Source: Lepidodermella squamata
Lineage: Eukaryota > Animalia > Gastrotricha
Direction of reading: 5' to 3'
NCBI GenBank assembly: GCA_047495785.1
Contig: JBLDXI010000032.1
Coordinates: forward strand, 1,302,001-1,366,000
DNA length: 64,000 bases
Shown: positions 34,074 through 47,439 of the stretch, piece after piece
Layout: each line of letters opens with the position of its first letter
Position numbering within the stretch: position 1 is the stretch's first letter
Position numbers and translations under genes: made by a program
The notes under the pieces: model-generated
The model's input: only the letters and a program-made list of their open reading frames with translations
Told to the model about the DNA's origin: nothing
Database searches by the model: none

Positions 34074-37000
34074 ATGGTATCAGTTGCGAGAGAGATCGAT
34101 ACAGTTCATCAAGAAGAGCGGATTTTGGCGAAATTGAAAACTCTCTACGATGAAGAACTTCTCAAAGATCTTAACAGCCGTAAAAGTAGCCGCAAGCTGA
34201 ATGCGTATGTTCCGAGTTTATATATTTTTTGCCTTATGTTATGCTGTTAAATATAGGGAGAAACAGCTGAAAGATGCGAAGGATGTTATTCATCGTGTTA
34301 TTGTCGACGAGCTGTCCTCAGAGTGGTTAAAACTTGTTGATACGGGAACGCCGCAGCAGTTCAAAGCTCGACATATTCTCATCGATCAGGTATTACCGGC
34401 CGTAATGATTGGCTTGCAAAAGCTTCTGACCGAAGTTGATCGAAGAGGGCTGGTGAATAATTATGACGAGGCTAACTTCAATCCTATAAATTATCTTGCC
34501 CAATTCTTGATGCGAAATAATCCTAAGCACGAAATTTTTCCCGAGGAGAATCCTTACATCAGCGGTATGCGGCTTGTGGCAGCTAAACTATCGGCAAAGG
34601 TACCAACTGCTGAGCAAATGCGCCTTGCTGAATTGCGAACAGCTATCGAGCGCAGGAAAATTGAAGTCTCGATGGCAAAGTTACAGCGAGCCAGCGAGTT
34701 TGATCAACGCGTTGGTGTTTTGACGAGTCAGTTCCCAGACTGGGGCGTCAGCACATTCGATGGTGTTATTCAAAGTGCCCTTGTTGAAGGAGCTTTGCGA
34801 GCTTTTATCGAGCGATATGAAGAATCCCTATCTGAAATGTACCCTACCAGAGCAGCTGGAATTTTTGCAGCATTATCTGAGAAAATCAGGAGTCCTGGAT
34901 TGAATGTCCACGATTATTCAAACGTAAGCCATATTTTTTACGTTTATTCACCTTTGTTTTATATATTGATGTTTTCAGTCATTGGCAAAGAAGTGCACGC
35001 AAATGACAGCTGAAATATTCAATCTATTTGTTGGCCATTTGCTTAACTGTGCCACGATGTATCGTAGAGCAATCGATAGTCGTCGCAGCATTGATCTACT
35101 CACTGAAATTTTTGCTAAATTAGATGCTCACAAAGAGGGCAGAATCAGTCGGCATAAAGTGATTGAGCTCATTAAAAAGTTATATACCACCACCCCTGTT
35201 GAAAAGCAAGATATTCTCACTGCTCCAACTGAATGGCCGCTTGTACCACCGGAGGAGGACACAACAATCGAGGAAATAATCCCGCTCGATGTCGAACTAT
35301 CTTGCTCCGATGCTTTTGAAGCTACTCCTCCGCCTGAGGAGGAAGAAGCTCCCGAGGGCGAAGGAGAGGAGACTGTAGTTGATGAAGGTGCTGCAGCTCC
35401 GGAGGCAACTGAAGAAACTCCGGCTGGCGATGCCGAAACCCCACCAATCGACCCCGACGTGCCGACCGAAGACGAGATTCGAAACGTCAGCGCCCCAGTT
35501 GAAAGCGCTCCGCCGCCAACTGAACCTGTTGTTGACTACGTCATGATCCACGAAGAAACCAAACTGGTCACCGGAGTACTGACTATTGAACCTCAGTCTG
35601 GCGAGGTCGCAAAATCAGAGGCTCTGGATGTAGGAACTGTTTCAGCCCCTGTGAAACGGCCGGAAACTTTACCCGTAATTGAGCCTTCTTCCTTCTCCGC
35701 CGCTGTCCCTAGGCCTCCTGCGCAAATTGGGACGGTCTTGGAAGGCAAGTGTAGAATCTGTAGTACCCTCCTGATTTATACCCTTTAATCACTAACCTCA
35801 CCTTTCTTTTTCGCTTAATAGCATGCCACACCTATTTGTTGCTTCATTTGATCTAGGTGAATTTTATCTAAAACCGATGGTTTATTTTTAGATGAAGAAC
35901 CAAATGAAGAGGAAGATACCTTGCCCGAGCTGCCGAACCATGCCAGTAAGAGTTTGAGGACTAAAAATGGCGATTCATATTTACCATGCTTTGTTTTAAG
36001 CTGTCAAACGTGTTCTGGGCATTGCACCAAAAGAATTAGAGGCGTTCGACGGGTCAACCCTAACTCAGCACCAGTTCTTGAAAACAGCTCAAAATTTCGT
36101 TATGCCTGCAGTTCTAGCCGCTGAGGAAGCCGAAGATGCGAAGAGAGAACCGAAACCTGAGACTTCGTTAGATCAACCTGTGGAAGAGCAGCCTGCAGTT
36201 GAGGAGGATGACGCATCCACGCCGATGGACTATCAACTCGAATCTGACATGGTCCTACGCCAACTAGGTCGCAGTTTAACAGCCGGCTTTGTGGAGACCG
36301 AATCAGAAGTTGCAGCTAGGCTGAAAGCTACAAAGCAAGCCGCGACATTGAAATCGAAACACGATCGCCTCGACAAATTGTTCGATCGATGGGATAACGG
36401 AGGCCAGGGATTCATCGACCTGGACGAGGTTGAAAATCTACTCGCTCGTTATAAACACGGCCAGGAGAGCTCAGCAATTAGAAATGGTATGCTTTTTCCC
36501 AACAATTTATGAATCTACCCTAAAATTGAACGCAGTCATTGAGGAACATATGGAAAAAATCGAGTGTAGGTTTGATGAGTGAATAGAAATTCAGTTCAGC
36601 TTCGCTTAAATCCATTTTATTTCCGCCATGGTTATTTTTGCCAAAATTAATTGGATTTTATGCGATTTCACAGCTGTTGGGAACTTCATGGCGTCAGATC
36701 CTATTCACAACGACCGTCGTTTGACTCGGGTCGAATTCCGCCAATTGATTATCGGAATCACTGATGCGTTACCCGGCCCGGATGAATCATTCGAGTACCT
36801 GGTCACTTTCATGAACAACTCGATCAAACTGTCCCTAGTTGAGCAGTTGCGAGGCAGCTGCCGTCGCAGGTGGCTAGCCGAAATTCAAAACGCAATCCTA
36901 ACCGCCGGACTTTCGCTTGAAAACGTGTTTCGAGCCGCTTTTCAGGCTATCTACAAGGACGCTGAGCTTCACGGCGAGCGGAAGCAGATCAATGTTTACG

Positions 37001-39334
37001 TAGCCTTAGGCGAGCGAGTGCCGGAAAGTGAGCGGTATCTTCATGGCGATGGTATGTGTCTAAGGTATGTAGCCGCCACGCCGAAAGATGCCCCTCTTCT
37101 ACTGAATAAACGGCTATACCGAGACATGCCCGGGGTTTCGCTGAGCGTCCTAGAAAGCGGCCGGCCGATTCACGTGCCGAGAATAGCCGCGCATGGTAAT
37201 GTCCACTTCTGGGACTCAACTCGGCCTAAATCAGACCGAGACGGCAGCTTCCTAGTTCTACCCCTAAAAGAAACATCTCGCAAGCAGTGTTTCGGAATTT
37301 TAGGCGTTGATACGATCGGCGACCCGCAGAACCAGGGCGGCATAGCCGGGGCTTCATTTTCAAGCCATGAAATCAAATTCTACCAGGGCGTTGCAGCTTC
37401 GTTAGCCGACGCATTCCGAGTAGTTCAGCATTCAGTCGATGTAACTGAGCAGTTGAGCAGATGCGTCCCACTAATTCTAGGCCAAGTGCCTTGCATCCTT
37501 CAATGCACGTTGTACCTAACTGAGTTAGACCCGAGGACGTGCTGGACGAAATCTGGCGATTCGGGCGAGGTAGTTCTGCGGAAAGTTGTCGAGGCGGATA
37601 GGATGAGGCAAAAAACCGAACAGGTCGGCAACCAACCCGCCCGGCTGATTCGGGAGCAAAATTTATTCCGCGAGTACGTTTTCGACGCAGCTGCGACTGG
37701 CACGACTGTTATCAAGCGATCCTACGGCGAGCGGAGAATCGCTGTCCCATTACGCCGCCCGTCTGACGGCCGAACCATCGCAGTTTTCGATCTGGGAGTT
37801 CGCGACCCGGGCAGGGACCGGGCTATCATTCGAGACGATGGCCAGGTTGACAAAAGGCCGCTGCCGCTGATACCAGTTGAAGATCGATTTAAAATGGTTC
37901 GAATTCTGCGCGTCCTCCAGGCTGCGATTGGCGAGTTGTCGATGGAGTTTTTGACCCAGGCCGATGGGCAAACTATTGCGAATCCGAAAATTTTGCACCC
38001 GCCTGGCAATGAGAGTTACACGTTGCTTGCCGAGAGCCCGCAAATTCTAGCGCATGCGGGTGCGAAGCTTAAGAAGGCGCTGCTGCTTGACCGGCTGTTG
38101 TTGGCGTTTCATCGCTCTCGCATTCGTAGATATTCTGAGGCGGATATTTTTGCGGATCTGCGGTCGCTGGGTCGGCCTAATAGCGATGTGATTCAACAGT
38201 TCACGGCTCAGCTTGTTGGCCTGGTTTACCCGAAAAGCCATGCGAGTCAAGAATTGAGTGGAGATTGGATTGCTTGTAAAGTGGTAAGAGTTTTCAACAT
38301 TCTTTATTAGAATGCATGAAATTTTCAAAAAAATTTGAATTACCTAGTTTTGAATGCTACAGTATGTCCTATAAATAACCCAACCTAAGGACGGGAACAT
38401 TTCCTATCTCATGACCAGAAGACCAGCAAATACAGCGTGTCGCATAAGTTGCGCAAGCATTTTTCAATTTTGCAAATTTTTGAATGAAATTTAACTAATT
38501 TTTTAAATTAAATATTCCGGAAAAAATCGTTCATTTTTATCCGCGTTTTCAAAGAAATCTAAAATTTACCGGAGAAAACCCGGCAAACATCGATGGTAAC
38601 TGGTTTGGTACTTTTCGGTATTTTTCCCGATTTTCCCGTATTCTTCGGATTTTTCTCATTGAATTTTGAATTTTTCTATGAAATTTCTGGCCATGATTTC
38701 GCCTCCTTTCCTTTCCTTTTCAACGGTGAATCGTATTTTAGCCAATACCGATAATTACCGAACCAGTTCTCAGCTTTTTTCCGGTTATTTTATAATTTCT
38801 TGTTCTCGATGAAATCGCGAATGAAGGATGGGAGATGCCCCCGGTATGATTTTATTTTTTTTCAGAAAAAGTTTCCAAATCAGAATAGGGTTACGCAACA
38901 ACTCATGGTACAAGCTATTAGCTTTGGACAAATTAACTACAAATTTAGTACGATCCATAATGCTAACTTTTCTAAGACATGAGAACTTCGAGTGTAAATT
39001 TTGATGGCTGAAAGCTGAAAGATGAATTTTCTCATTTTTTTCACTTGTTTAGTATTTGACGGCTGAAATGCAAGAGAGGATGTTGGCAATTGACCCTAGC
39101 CATCCGAGAATCGCCCAATTCATCACGAAGCACTTGATCCCAGCGATGCCGAGTGAAGATCGATTAGCCTCGCTGTTGATCACATCTCGCCTGCAGCTGC
39201 TTAACGACTATTTAACAACCTGTTTCCGAATCGCTACCGTATGCGCGGCTGCTGGTTTGAATAATGGTGATTTCGCGAGTCCGCCTGTATCTCTCGACAC
39301 CCCACTAGAAAACGCTAACCAAAATAAAGAATAA
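34074..39334 (+). CDS. EFCAB5: EF-hand calcium-binding domain protein 5-like (docking-type N-terminus, EF-hands, GAF-like domains), ~1331 aa
   Basis: Exons 34074-34204, 34257-34923, 34979-35744, 35892-35945, 36001-36486, 36674-38283, 39053-39334 join in frame. FNPINYLAQFLMRNNP, WDNGGQGFIDLDE, GRPIHVPR..HGNVHFW, FGILGVDT, EIKFYQGVA. Confidence 0.85.
38561..38697. repeat. Dispersed repeat family C, second copy (EFCAB5 last intron)
   Basis: Approximate reverse complement of 14645-14815. Confidence 0.7.
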
Positions 39335-39639
39335 AAAAACTAATTTTTTCATACAATAATATCGCGAGTTACTCTGAAAAAAATTGCTGTGATAAAATAA
39401 TTGTGAAAGGTTATTTTTTCGAAAATTAATCAATAAAAAAACGTAAATCCTGTCGACTTTTTAATGATGCAAACGTTCAACAACTGTGTAATAATTGTTA
39501 ACATTATTTACTGTATATAATTATTTCAGATAAAACGTTTGAAAATTGCGATTATTATTTTTAAAAGAATAGACAAGCGATTTTTTTCGAGATGAAAAAA
39601 TTGACTGGTTTTTTAGACGTAGTGGTTAAATCAGGTCTT

Positions 39640-39780
39640 CATTCATTCATTCATTCGCCGCTTGCTCGTCCTTTTTATCGGCCCCGAAGGCGAAACTTTC
39701 GGCTCCGCCCCTTCCGCAGCCTTTTGGACCAAATAGATATGCGTAACATGGCATGCTGCAGTACGGCTTCCCGTCATGCT
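39640..39780 (-). repeat. Possible 3' end of a retroposon with (GAAT)n tail
   Basis: GC-rich island ending on the minus strand in GCGGCGAATGAATGAATGAAT. Confidence 0.35.
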
Positions 39781-41169
39781 GAAATTAATGAAAAAATAAT
39801 ATTGAGAAATTTAAATATTCAAATTTTTTACCTCGGAAAATTTCCCGGGCTGTAGAGTTTTGTTGCATTTTTCGCATTTGAAGCACGTAGAATGCCAGTC
39901 CTTACCCATTACATGCTTTCGCTCGGCTAAAAAATGAAAAAATTACTTGAAAAAATCGAGAATTTATTAGATTTTCTCACCGAAATAAACGATTTTGTTG
40001 CACTTCGGACAAGTGGAAGACATTTTTAATTAAGACAGACTTTTTAATTATATCTGATTTGCAAAGGAAAAAAGGAAACAAATATAGCGATCAACTCTAC
40101 GTAATGCTGTAAAATTATAGAATAACCCCCTTGAGAAAAACGAGTTCCACCTGCACGAAATAAAATCGACGAATTTTAAGCTCGAGATCGATATTAAAGA
40201 TGCTGCAAATTATTTAGGACAACGATGGTTTCCTCAATAATAATACAATATAGATAAAAGCCCTGAAAAAAGACGGATAGACTGGGCTGGCCGGCCGGAA
40301 AAAACGAATATTAGAATGACATGTGGTTTGGCTCTTGAGTTGAGCCTAAAAATGCGAAAAATAAATAATGTAAAAATCCATTATATTTATTGCATATATG
40401 TATAGGGTGACTTGAGCTTTCTGCAACAACAACTGTGCAGGGCCGGGTGATATTATATATTTAATACTACTAGTACTACAGAACAACATCAACAAGTACA
40501 TGTCTAGGCGATTTTTTGTTTCTAGTTTTATCGCGCCAGCAGAAAAACGCCATGCTCCAGTGGCAAGCTTGTGCGTATGTGTACTTTTATATGATGATTA
40601 TCATTATTTGTGGTGACTGAAAAAATGTAATAATAATACTATAAAAGGCAAATAAGGGCAATCTGTCTGGGTGTGGCGGCACGCTGCTTTTGCGTTGGTA
40701 CAAATGCTCTGAAATTGTATCATCATCATCATTTCAGAATTTTTCGTAAGGTAGGTACGTATCAAAGGCTTGTTTGCGCGGGTGGTCTTCTTATTCACTG
40801 CGAAAACAGCCTCTTGTTGATCGGTATATGAGTTGAGGGCGTAGGAATGATGATGATGATGAATTCTAAATGCGCAAAACTCACGAGCAAAGAATATAAT
40901 TACTATAGAGTCTTACATTTAGCCACATCATCATGTAATTATAAAATACCTAATTCATAAGTTGGTATAATTTTATTAGCTACGGTAGAACGATCTTTAC
41001 TCCAAAAATTGTAATTCGAAGGGTGATAATTGCTGAACAGAAAATCGTTGATTTTCTTGCTGAAACTGAAAGAAAAATAGGTAGAAGGCTAGAAATTCGC
41101 AAAATACGCGAAACGAGCATTCGGTTTCTAGGATTCCTTGAAGCCTTTTTGTCATGAGCAATCTGTCAG

Positions 41170-41375
41170 ACCCAAGACCGACACGAGCTATTTTGGCTCA
41201 TTCTAACAATTCCGAACAATTCGATTTGACCCCTTTGCTCGCCTGTTTTTGAGCACTTCAGGATTTGTATGGAGTTGTTCGCCTGGAAAATGCTCAAAAA
41301 ACAGGCGAACAAAGGGGTCAAATCGAATTGTTCGGAATTGTTAGAATGAGCCAAAATAGCTCGTGCCGGTCTGGG
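41170..41375. mobile_element. Near-perfect long palindrome (MITE/foldback), ~85-bp arms, ~35-nt loop
   Basis: GACCGACACGAGCTATTTTGGCTCATTCTAACAATTCCGAACAATTCGATTTGACCCCTTTG... is mirrored by ...CAAAGGGGTCAAATCGAATTGTTCGGAATTGTTAGAATGAGCCAAAATAGCTCGTGCCGGTC. Confidence 0.9.
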
Positions 41376-41828
41376 ACAAAGCGTAAAACGATGACTTTTC
41401 TGCATACCTGACTTCTTCTGACTTCTTGTCTACCGAATTGCCCACTAATTTCAAATAAGCCCAATCAATTGATCGAAAGACTATGCTGGAAATCCTGTTT
41501 TATTGGCGAGTTTTTGTAATTTGAAGCTTCTAAATCTACACAGAAATTTCGAGTGAGACCTTTTTGATCGGACAAAATGAATGACTAAAATCAACTGACA
41601 TCAATTAATGTCAGAGGCAAGTTTGCTTCAATACTGAGAATTAAGTTTAGCCGAGAATATGGCTTCTTCCAGCGCTTGGATATTACTCCAAGAGCCTCTA
41701 GTTTCCTAACCCTTTTATGAGCTGGAACCTTTTAGTGAAGGTGTGGTTCTACAGCGATAATTATAATACCGAGAGGAATCATTAAGAGATCAGTTTCCGC
41801 TAGCCCTATTAGGGATGGAATTGCGCTA

Positions 41829-41981
41829 AAACAGCAACTGCACAGAACAGCGAATGCGACAAAACAGCAAATATTTTATTTCGCGCCAAAACATCGAAAA
41901 TTAACCAAATAAAAGATGCGTCGCGTGTCTGCTGTTATGTCGCAAGTTGGAAAATTTGCTGTTTTGTCGCGCTTGCTGTTT
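41829..41981. repeat. Palindromic MITE-like repeat family B, copy 2
   Basis: Matches 29611-29732. Confidence 0.75.
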
Positions 41982-43380
41982 AGGGTATTTGCTGATGTTA
42001 TGATTGTTTTCTGTTTCAGAGGATAGTAAGCTAAGGAGTGAGGCTATACGGCATAAATTCGAACCCATGAAAGCTTAGGAAAAGATTCACGCTGTCAATT
42101 CTAAGTAAATTTTTGGATTTCGGATGAAAATAGGTAGCCATGTAAAAACCTCAAATGTCGGATGAAAAGATAAGGATTTCCCGAAATTTCTCTGCAGGAC
42201 AAGAATTACAAGGATTATCGAGGTCAGAAGTCGATATAAGGCCCATCTCGTGAGAGTGGCAATAAGACATGGAAATCTTTCGTATTGGTAACGGTTGCTA
42301 AGATTTGGCGTCACTCTCAAGAAATTTGTTGACCCATTAATTTGTTCAGCCCCGCATGACGGTCGCAGTGACATGGAATGAACCACGGTGAAATAAGTAT
42401 CTGTTGATCAAACGCATCCCTGATCTTATCGATACAAGCTAAAAGAAAACTGAATCATCAACAATTTCATGAAGCTATACAAGAATTCAGATCTATAGTG
42501 AGCTATAACGCTTTGTCTCTGATAAATAAGGCGGAGAAAAGCCGGGAATTCCCCGCTACGGCTCATTGCCAAGAATGTAAATGATGATCGTGAGAGTCGG
42601 ATGAGAAAAATAATAATATATATTTACGGCGATTTTTGTGGGAAAATTAGACCAACCAATACGTATAAGTGTCGCCACTCTCGCAAACAACAAAAGTGGA
42701 CGCGGGCGGCGCCACGAGACAACGCCAGTCGATACTCTAGTATGTATGATAGGTAAACAAAACGCGCGTGAGGGCTGTAATAAAATGAGGCATTATCCTA
42801 TTACTATATTATTATTTGTGCAATTGCGAATATTCGCCGGCTCGTTGACACTGTTTCGTCGTCGTTTTTACAATATTCCAACCTGAAATATATAAGGAAC
42901 TACTACTACTACTACGATGCAGTCGTGTTGTTGTAACCACACCTCGGCGTCGAAAACTGGGCCATTTTTGAGAGCCTGGTGATTATTAACAAAAACTTGG
43001 CGTTTTGCCAAACAACACCCGTCATTTGCCATTATTAGCTCTGTTATTTGCGAAATAACAACACCTCATACCTTTGTGGCACTGGTCCGTGGTCAGCATC
43101 ACGTGATTAGACCTGTGCTGTAGCGCTTTAAGGGCTGGGAATAATAATTACGTGGAAATGAGTAGATAATAATTCTATAGGGCCGCATTTCAATTTTTAG
43201 ATCGACCACATTTTTAGGGTGCAAAATAAAAGACTATTACATATAATAAAACGTAGCTGTTGTAAAAAAAAACCAAAACACGTGATGGAAAAGGAAACTC
43301 GAAAATCTGATACTTTAACAAATATACGGATACATCTTTTGCGCGGTAATCTTGAATTCGCGAATCGACCTCAACGGTTC

Positions 43381-43566
43381 TACGACATTTCAGCCAACTC
43401 AGCTCAGCCAAGCGACAACTCAGCCCGACATTTCAGCTAACGACAACTCAGCCAAAAATGTTTAAACGACATCTCAGCCAACGACAACTCAGCCAAAACT
43501 CAGCCAAAATAAATATTAATAGTTTAAATAAATGAAAACGACATTTCAGCCAAAACTCAGCCAAAA
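43381..43566. repeat. Short tandem array of ACGACA(A/T)(C/T)TCAGCCAA-like units
   Basis: About 10 imperfect TCAGCC(AA) units. Confidence 0.8.
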
Positions 43567-44596
43567 TTAATTAATTTTCAATTAAAAGGGCAATTTACCT
43601 ATTACGTAATATCAATCAAATGATGGCCATTTTTAATTTCCGCGAAAATATGAATTCGTGATAATTTTTGCGAATCTTGAATATGTGAGCCGAATTACGT
43701 GTACGAATTTCTGACACAATACACGATCCGAAACATTGATTCTAACTATATACTCAAAATAACATTAATAGTAGATCTCGTCTATATTGAGCCTGTTAAC
43801 TAAAAATAGCTCTCCGAAGCTTTTTTCGGCGATATAATTATCAGTCTTAATCGTTAAATTAAGAACCTTTTGGCCGAAGAGCACATAAGAACACATCAAC
43901 ATCGAGAAAATTGATACTCGATGTAACCAATTTACGAACGTTGGATCGTATAATATGGAATTAGCGCCTAAAATTTGGTATGCAATTTTCAGCTCAATTA
44001 CCCCTCAAATGACCCTAATTTGGTGACAAAATATTGATGAGATGAGTCGATCTGCATAAAATATGCTCAGTGGCTGAATGAAATATTCTGTAATTTACAT
44101 TATGGCGAAGGTGAAATCGACTTATGGCAAGGTTAGATTAATTAACTATAATGTTCGTTCGCATAAAATCAGCAATTCCCGTTCGACTCGTCACGTTGAG
44201 ATGAATATGTTTACGCCGAATTCGAGGCACAAATCGCAACTTTTGAATATAACGGCTAACGGCGAACGGCGATTCAGGGAGTAAACAGCTTGAGACTTTC
44301 TGTTGGTATAATTCGGTTTCTAACAACTTTCATGTATGAGAACGAGCGTTAAACCTCTGCATGCAGTCGATGGCCGGCCTGAAAGTGACGTAGTTTAAGG
44401 CGGCATAGAGTCGAACCCGGTGTTGAAATCTATTCCAGTACATCTATTCCGTGTCGTAGATTTATCGTAATTTGGGTATGATGTGGGTGTAAGCGAAGAA
44501 TAAGTGTTGTTTTCAGCGTTCTCAAATCACAAATAAACAAATCGATGCAGGCCTATTGATTTATTCAGAGAGCTTCGTCGTCGATAAAGTAATTAA

Positions 44597-44998
44597 CCCT
44601 TAGCCGCCGAAGACGTGTACACGCGTTAATTCCGGAGAAAATTCACCGTGGTCGGAGGATTTGGGCTATCGAACCCATTATTGCGTCATAAATTATGATA
44701 AATCAATAGCAAGAAACAAGCACTCCCCGAAAATTCAAATTTTCAAAGCCATTCCGACCAGGTCGAAAATAGTGAGAAAAATTTTAAATGACTTGTTAAC
44801 ACGTCATGAAAACGCGTTAACACGTCATAGCAACGGCAACCCAGGTAAATTTCTTCTGAAAAAGAGGTTCGGCTTTCAATCTAAGGCTAAATGTAAGACT
44901 TTCTGCCGATTCAGAATTTGATTTTAGCCTCTTCTTGATTTTCTGGGATTTTCTGAAAGGTGCTCGAGTTAACACGTCATTGCGCCGGCGGCTAAGGG
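44597..44998. mobile_element. piggyBac-type non-autonomous element (MITE), 402 bp
   Basis: TTAA|CCCTTAGCCGCCG ... CGGCGGCTAAGGG|TTAA: TTAA target duplication and 13-bp perfect TIR starting CCC. Confidence 0.92.
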
Positions 44999-46589
44999 TT
45001 AAGACAATAATTCGGTAGAATCAGCTGTGTGGTAGTAATAATTTTCGGATCAACGGGTACACAATTTTTCCAAACTACAGGTATTCATGCTACACATGAA
45101 TATTACGATATGTTTCCAAGAGGCTTGCGTAGCGATCTTCCATCATTCACGCCAAATGTGTAAAAATAATTGTAGGTATTTTAATAAAATAAGATTTCAG
45201 TAGAAAAGTTCAGCCAGATGCAGCCGTCATGCGCAAATGTGATCGAAGATCTGAAAAATTGCGACGGTTATCAAAAAGGAAACAGGAGTTAGACTTACTC
45301 CGCGATTGCTGATTTTCCGCTATTGTGATTTTTTTGCTTCCGCGCATTTAGCGAGCTCTGCCCTGGAAAATTTCACATGTTAGCAATAAAAAAGCGACAT
45401 TCAGAATATGTGTCTTACGCAATAACTTCTCGAGTATCTGATTGTTGATCTTTTATTGCTTTTATTACCCAACCAACACAGAATCTGTTTTCTGGCGTTA
45501 GCATTGCCCTGAATTTACAAATATAAACAGCAACATGTAAAGATTTATTACAGAAAAAAGGCAAAAATGTCGAAAATTTCTGGATTCTAGATATTTGCCC
45601 TATTTATATTCATCCTTATTCCCGATGGTCTATGGTGCTTTTGATTTAGACGAAACGTGAATTGCATCTCGCTCACGTTTCAGCACATCCGAACAACTTA
45701 CTTGATACGTTCGAGAGCTAATACAGCGTTTTGGCCGTGGAAATCCGTATCTTGTGTGGTGGTTGTGGTGGTGGTGGTGGTGGTAGTGGTGGTGGCTGGA
45801 GTCGCCGGTGGCTTACGTGGCGTGGGATCTGCGCTTGCAAGCATAACCAAGCATGCTGCTCCAATGACGAAAGCTGTTGCAATATCGATGCTATAAATCA
45901 TTCAGAATGGAAAGAATCAACTGCCTCACCGTAACGCAGGGTTGTCATTGTTCCGATTCAAAGCTGAAGTAGAGTTAGTAGCTGAAATTTATTTTCGAGA
46001 AAATGGCGAGAAAAATTGTTAAACTGAAGCGCGGAGCGGTCATTTAAATAGCATATGAGAAATTTGCACCTGGGTCGACCCCGGGAAGACGGTTTTTCTC
46101 CTGATTGCAATCTTAATTACGCCGACGACACGACAGCCGAATTCTAATTACTGAAACAGCAGAAAGACGAGAATTTTCTACCCTCATCAACCGTCATTTA
46201 ACGCGGATCCCCTCTGAGATTTTTTGCCCAAATCGCCGCAAACTTCATCTTTTGTTTCAATAAGCGTTAACTGTGAAAAAATGAAAAAACATTTGCAGGT
46301 ATATTAGCTGCCGACGAGCCGACGTCATCAACCATTTTTTCTCGAATCATTTTTTTATTAAATAATTGCACCATCATTTATTTGGACGGCTGCAACCGTA
46401 ACGAAATTTACACGCTTATAAGTTGGACGCCAGTATAGCGGTCCACGCTTTTCATGCGTCAAAACCTGAGGCCGTCCGACTTTTTTGTTAATAATGATGT
46501 TCTCAAATCTTATTATCGCGCCGGGAAACTCGGTGGGTGTTTATTGCTGCTGATGTCATAATTTCTTCGCCTACGGACGGATTAAATTT

Positions 46590-47254
46590 GGGTTGCCCCC
46601 ACTTGCGCATTTCTCGCTTGCGCATTTGTCACTTGCGCATTAATTTTTAGCACTTGCGCATTTATTTTGCTATTTTCAGCGTTGTATCGTTAATTTGATG
46701 GAATATTATCTCTTTTTCCCCCAGAATTATTCAAATACATGTTTCAAGAGATTATTGGTAAATTTGGGGCTGGAAAATGCTAGATTAAAACTAAAAGTAA
46801 TGAAAATTATTGGCATTCGTTGAGCCTTGTTCGTAGATGGTGTAAGAGCTGGAATCTGTGGCATTCAACGGCTCAGGTTCCGTTAGGATAGATAGATTCG
46901 AATGGTCAGAACTCAACGGCGATTCAGAAGCCGCTGATTCAGATATCACCGATTCGGGCGTTGATTCCACTGGCGACTCAACTGTTGGTGCCGCTTCAGT
47001 CTCAGCTCTGGATGTTATGGGATTTTTATTCAGATATCGGATTTTCCAGCGCAACTCAATTATACTTGTTACCAGCGTTAAAGTTGGAAACAACTCTTGT
47101 ATCATGTTTTTGAATAATTATCGTAGAAAAATTTATAATATTTCGCCGAATTCACGATACAACGCTGAAAATAACAAAATAAATGCGCAAGTGCTAAAAA
47201 TTAATGCGCAAGTGACAAATGCGCAAGCGAGAAATGCGCAAGTGGGGGTAATCC
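46590..47254. mobile_element. Non-autonomous DNA transposon with ~100-bp TIRs and 8-bp TSD, carrying an internal coding-like fragment
   Basis: TTAAATTT|GGGTTGCCCCCACTTGCGCATT... and ...AATGCGCAAGTGGGGGTAATCC|TTAAATTT; subterminal CTTGCGCATT repeats; internal Ser/Glu-rich ORF 46791-47105 (-). Confidence 0.88.
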
Positions 47255-47439
47255 TTAAATTTATAACTACCTATAATGTCTTTTTTCATCTGGCTAAAAT
47301 GTTGTCCTGAAAATGGATAACTCTTGAAATATTGGTGTAATTTGGTGTTCCCACATGGTTCGTTATTTTTTTGCTTGAATGGAAAATGTATCTCCGCCCG
47401 CTGATTCGGCCCGCTGACGCATTTAAGGTGGATCCTCTA

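Larger units (their letters stand above)
42087..45901 (-). pseudogene. Probable decayed class B (secretin-family) GPCR gene with Thr-rich N-terminus
   Basis: Signal peptide plus poly-Thr exon 45901-45702; exon 45362-45299 (ELAKC); 48-nt intron; then broken fragments in the expected order: FDHICA*, NDGRS, NIS*YSC, LRLHPHHTQITINL (cf. rLhCtRnyIHmNL), STLCRL, ILISPWFIP, RFPCLIA..LLTSIILVILV. Many stops and frameshifts. Confidence 0.42.

Noticed and set aside
43381-43566. Short repeats as a CRISPR-like array
   Set aside because: Eukaryotic context, irregular spacing, no unique spacers of constant length, no cas genes.
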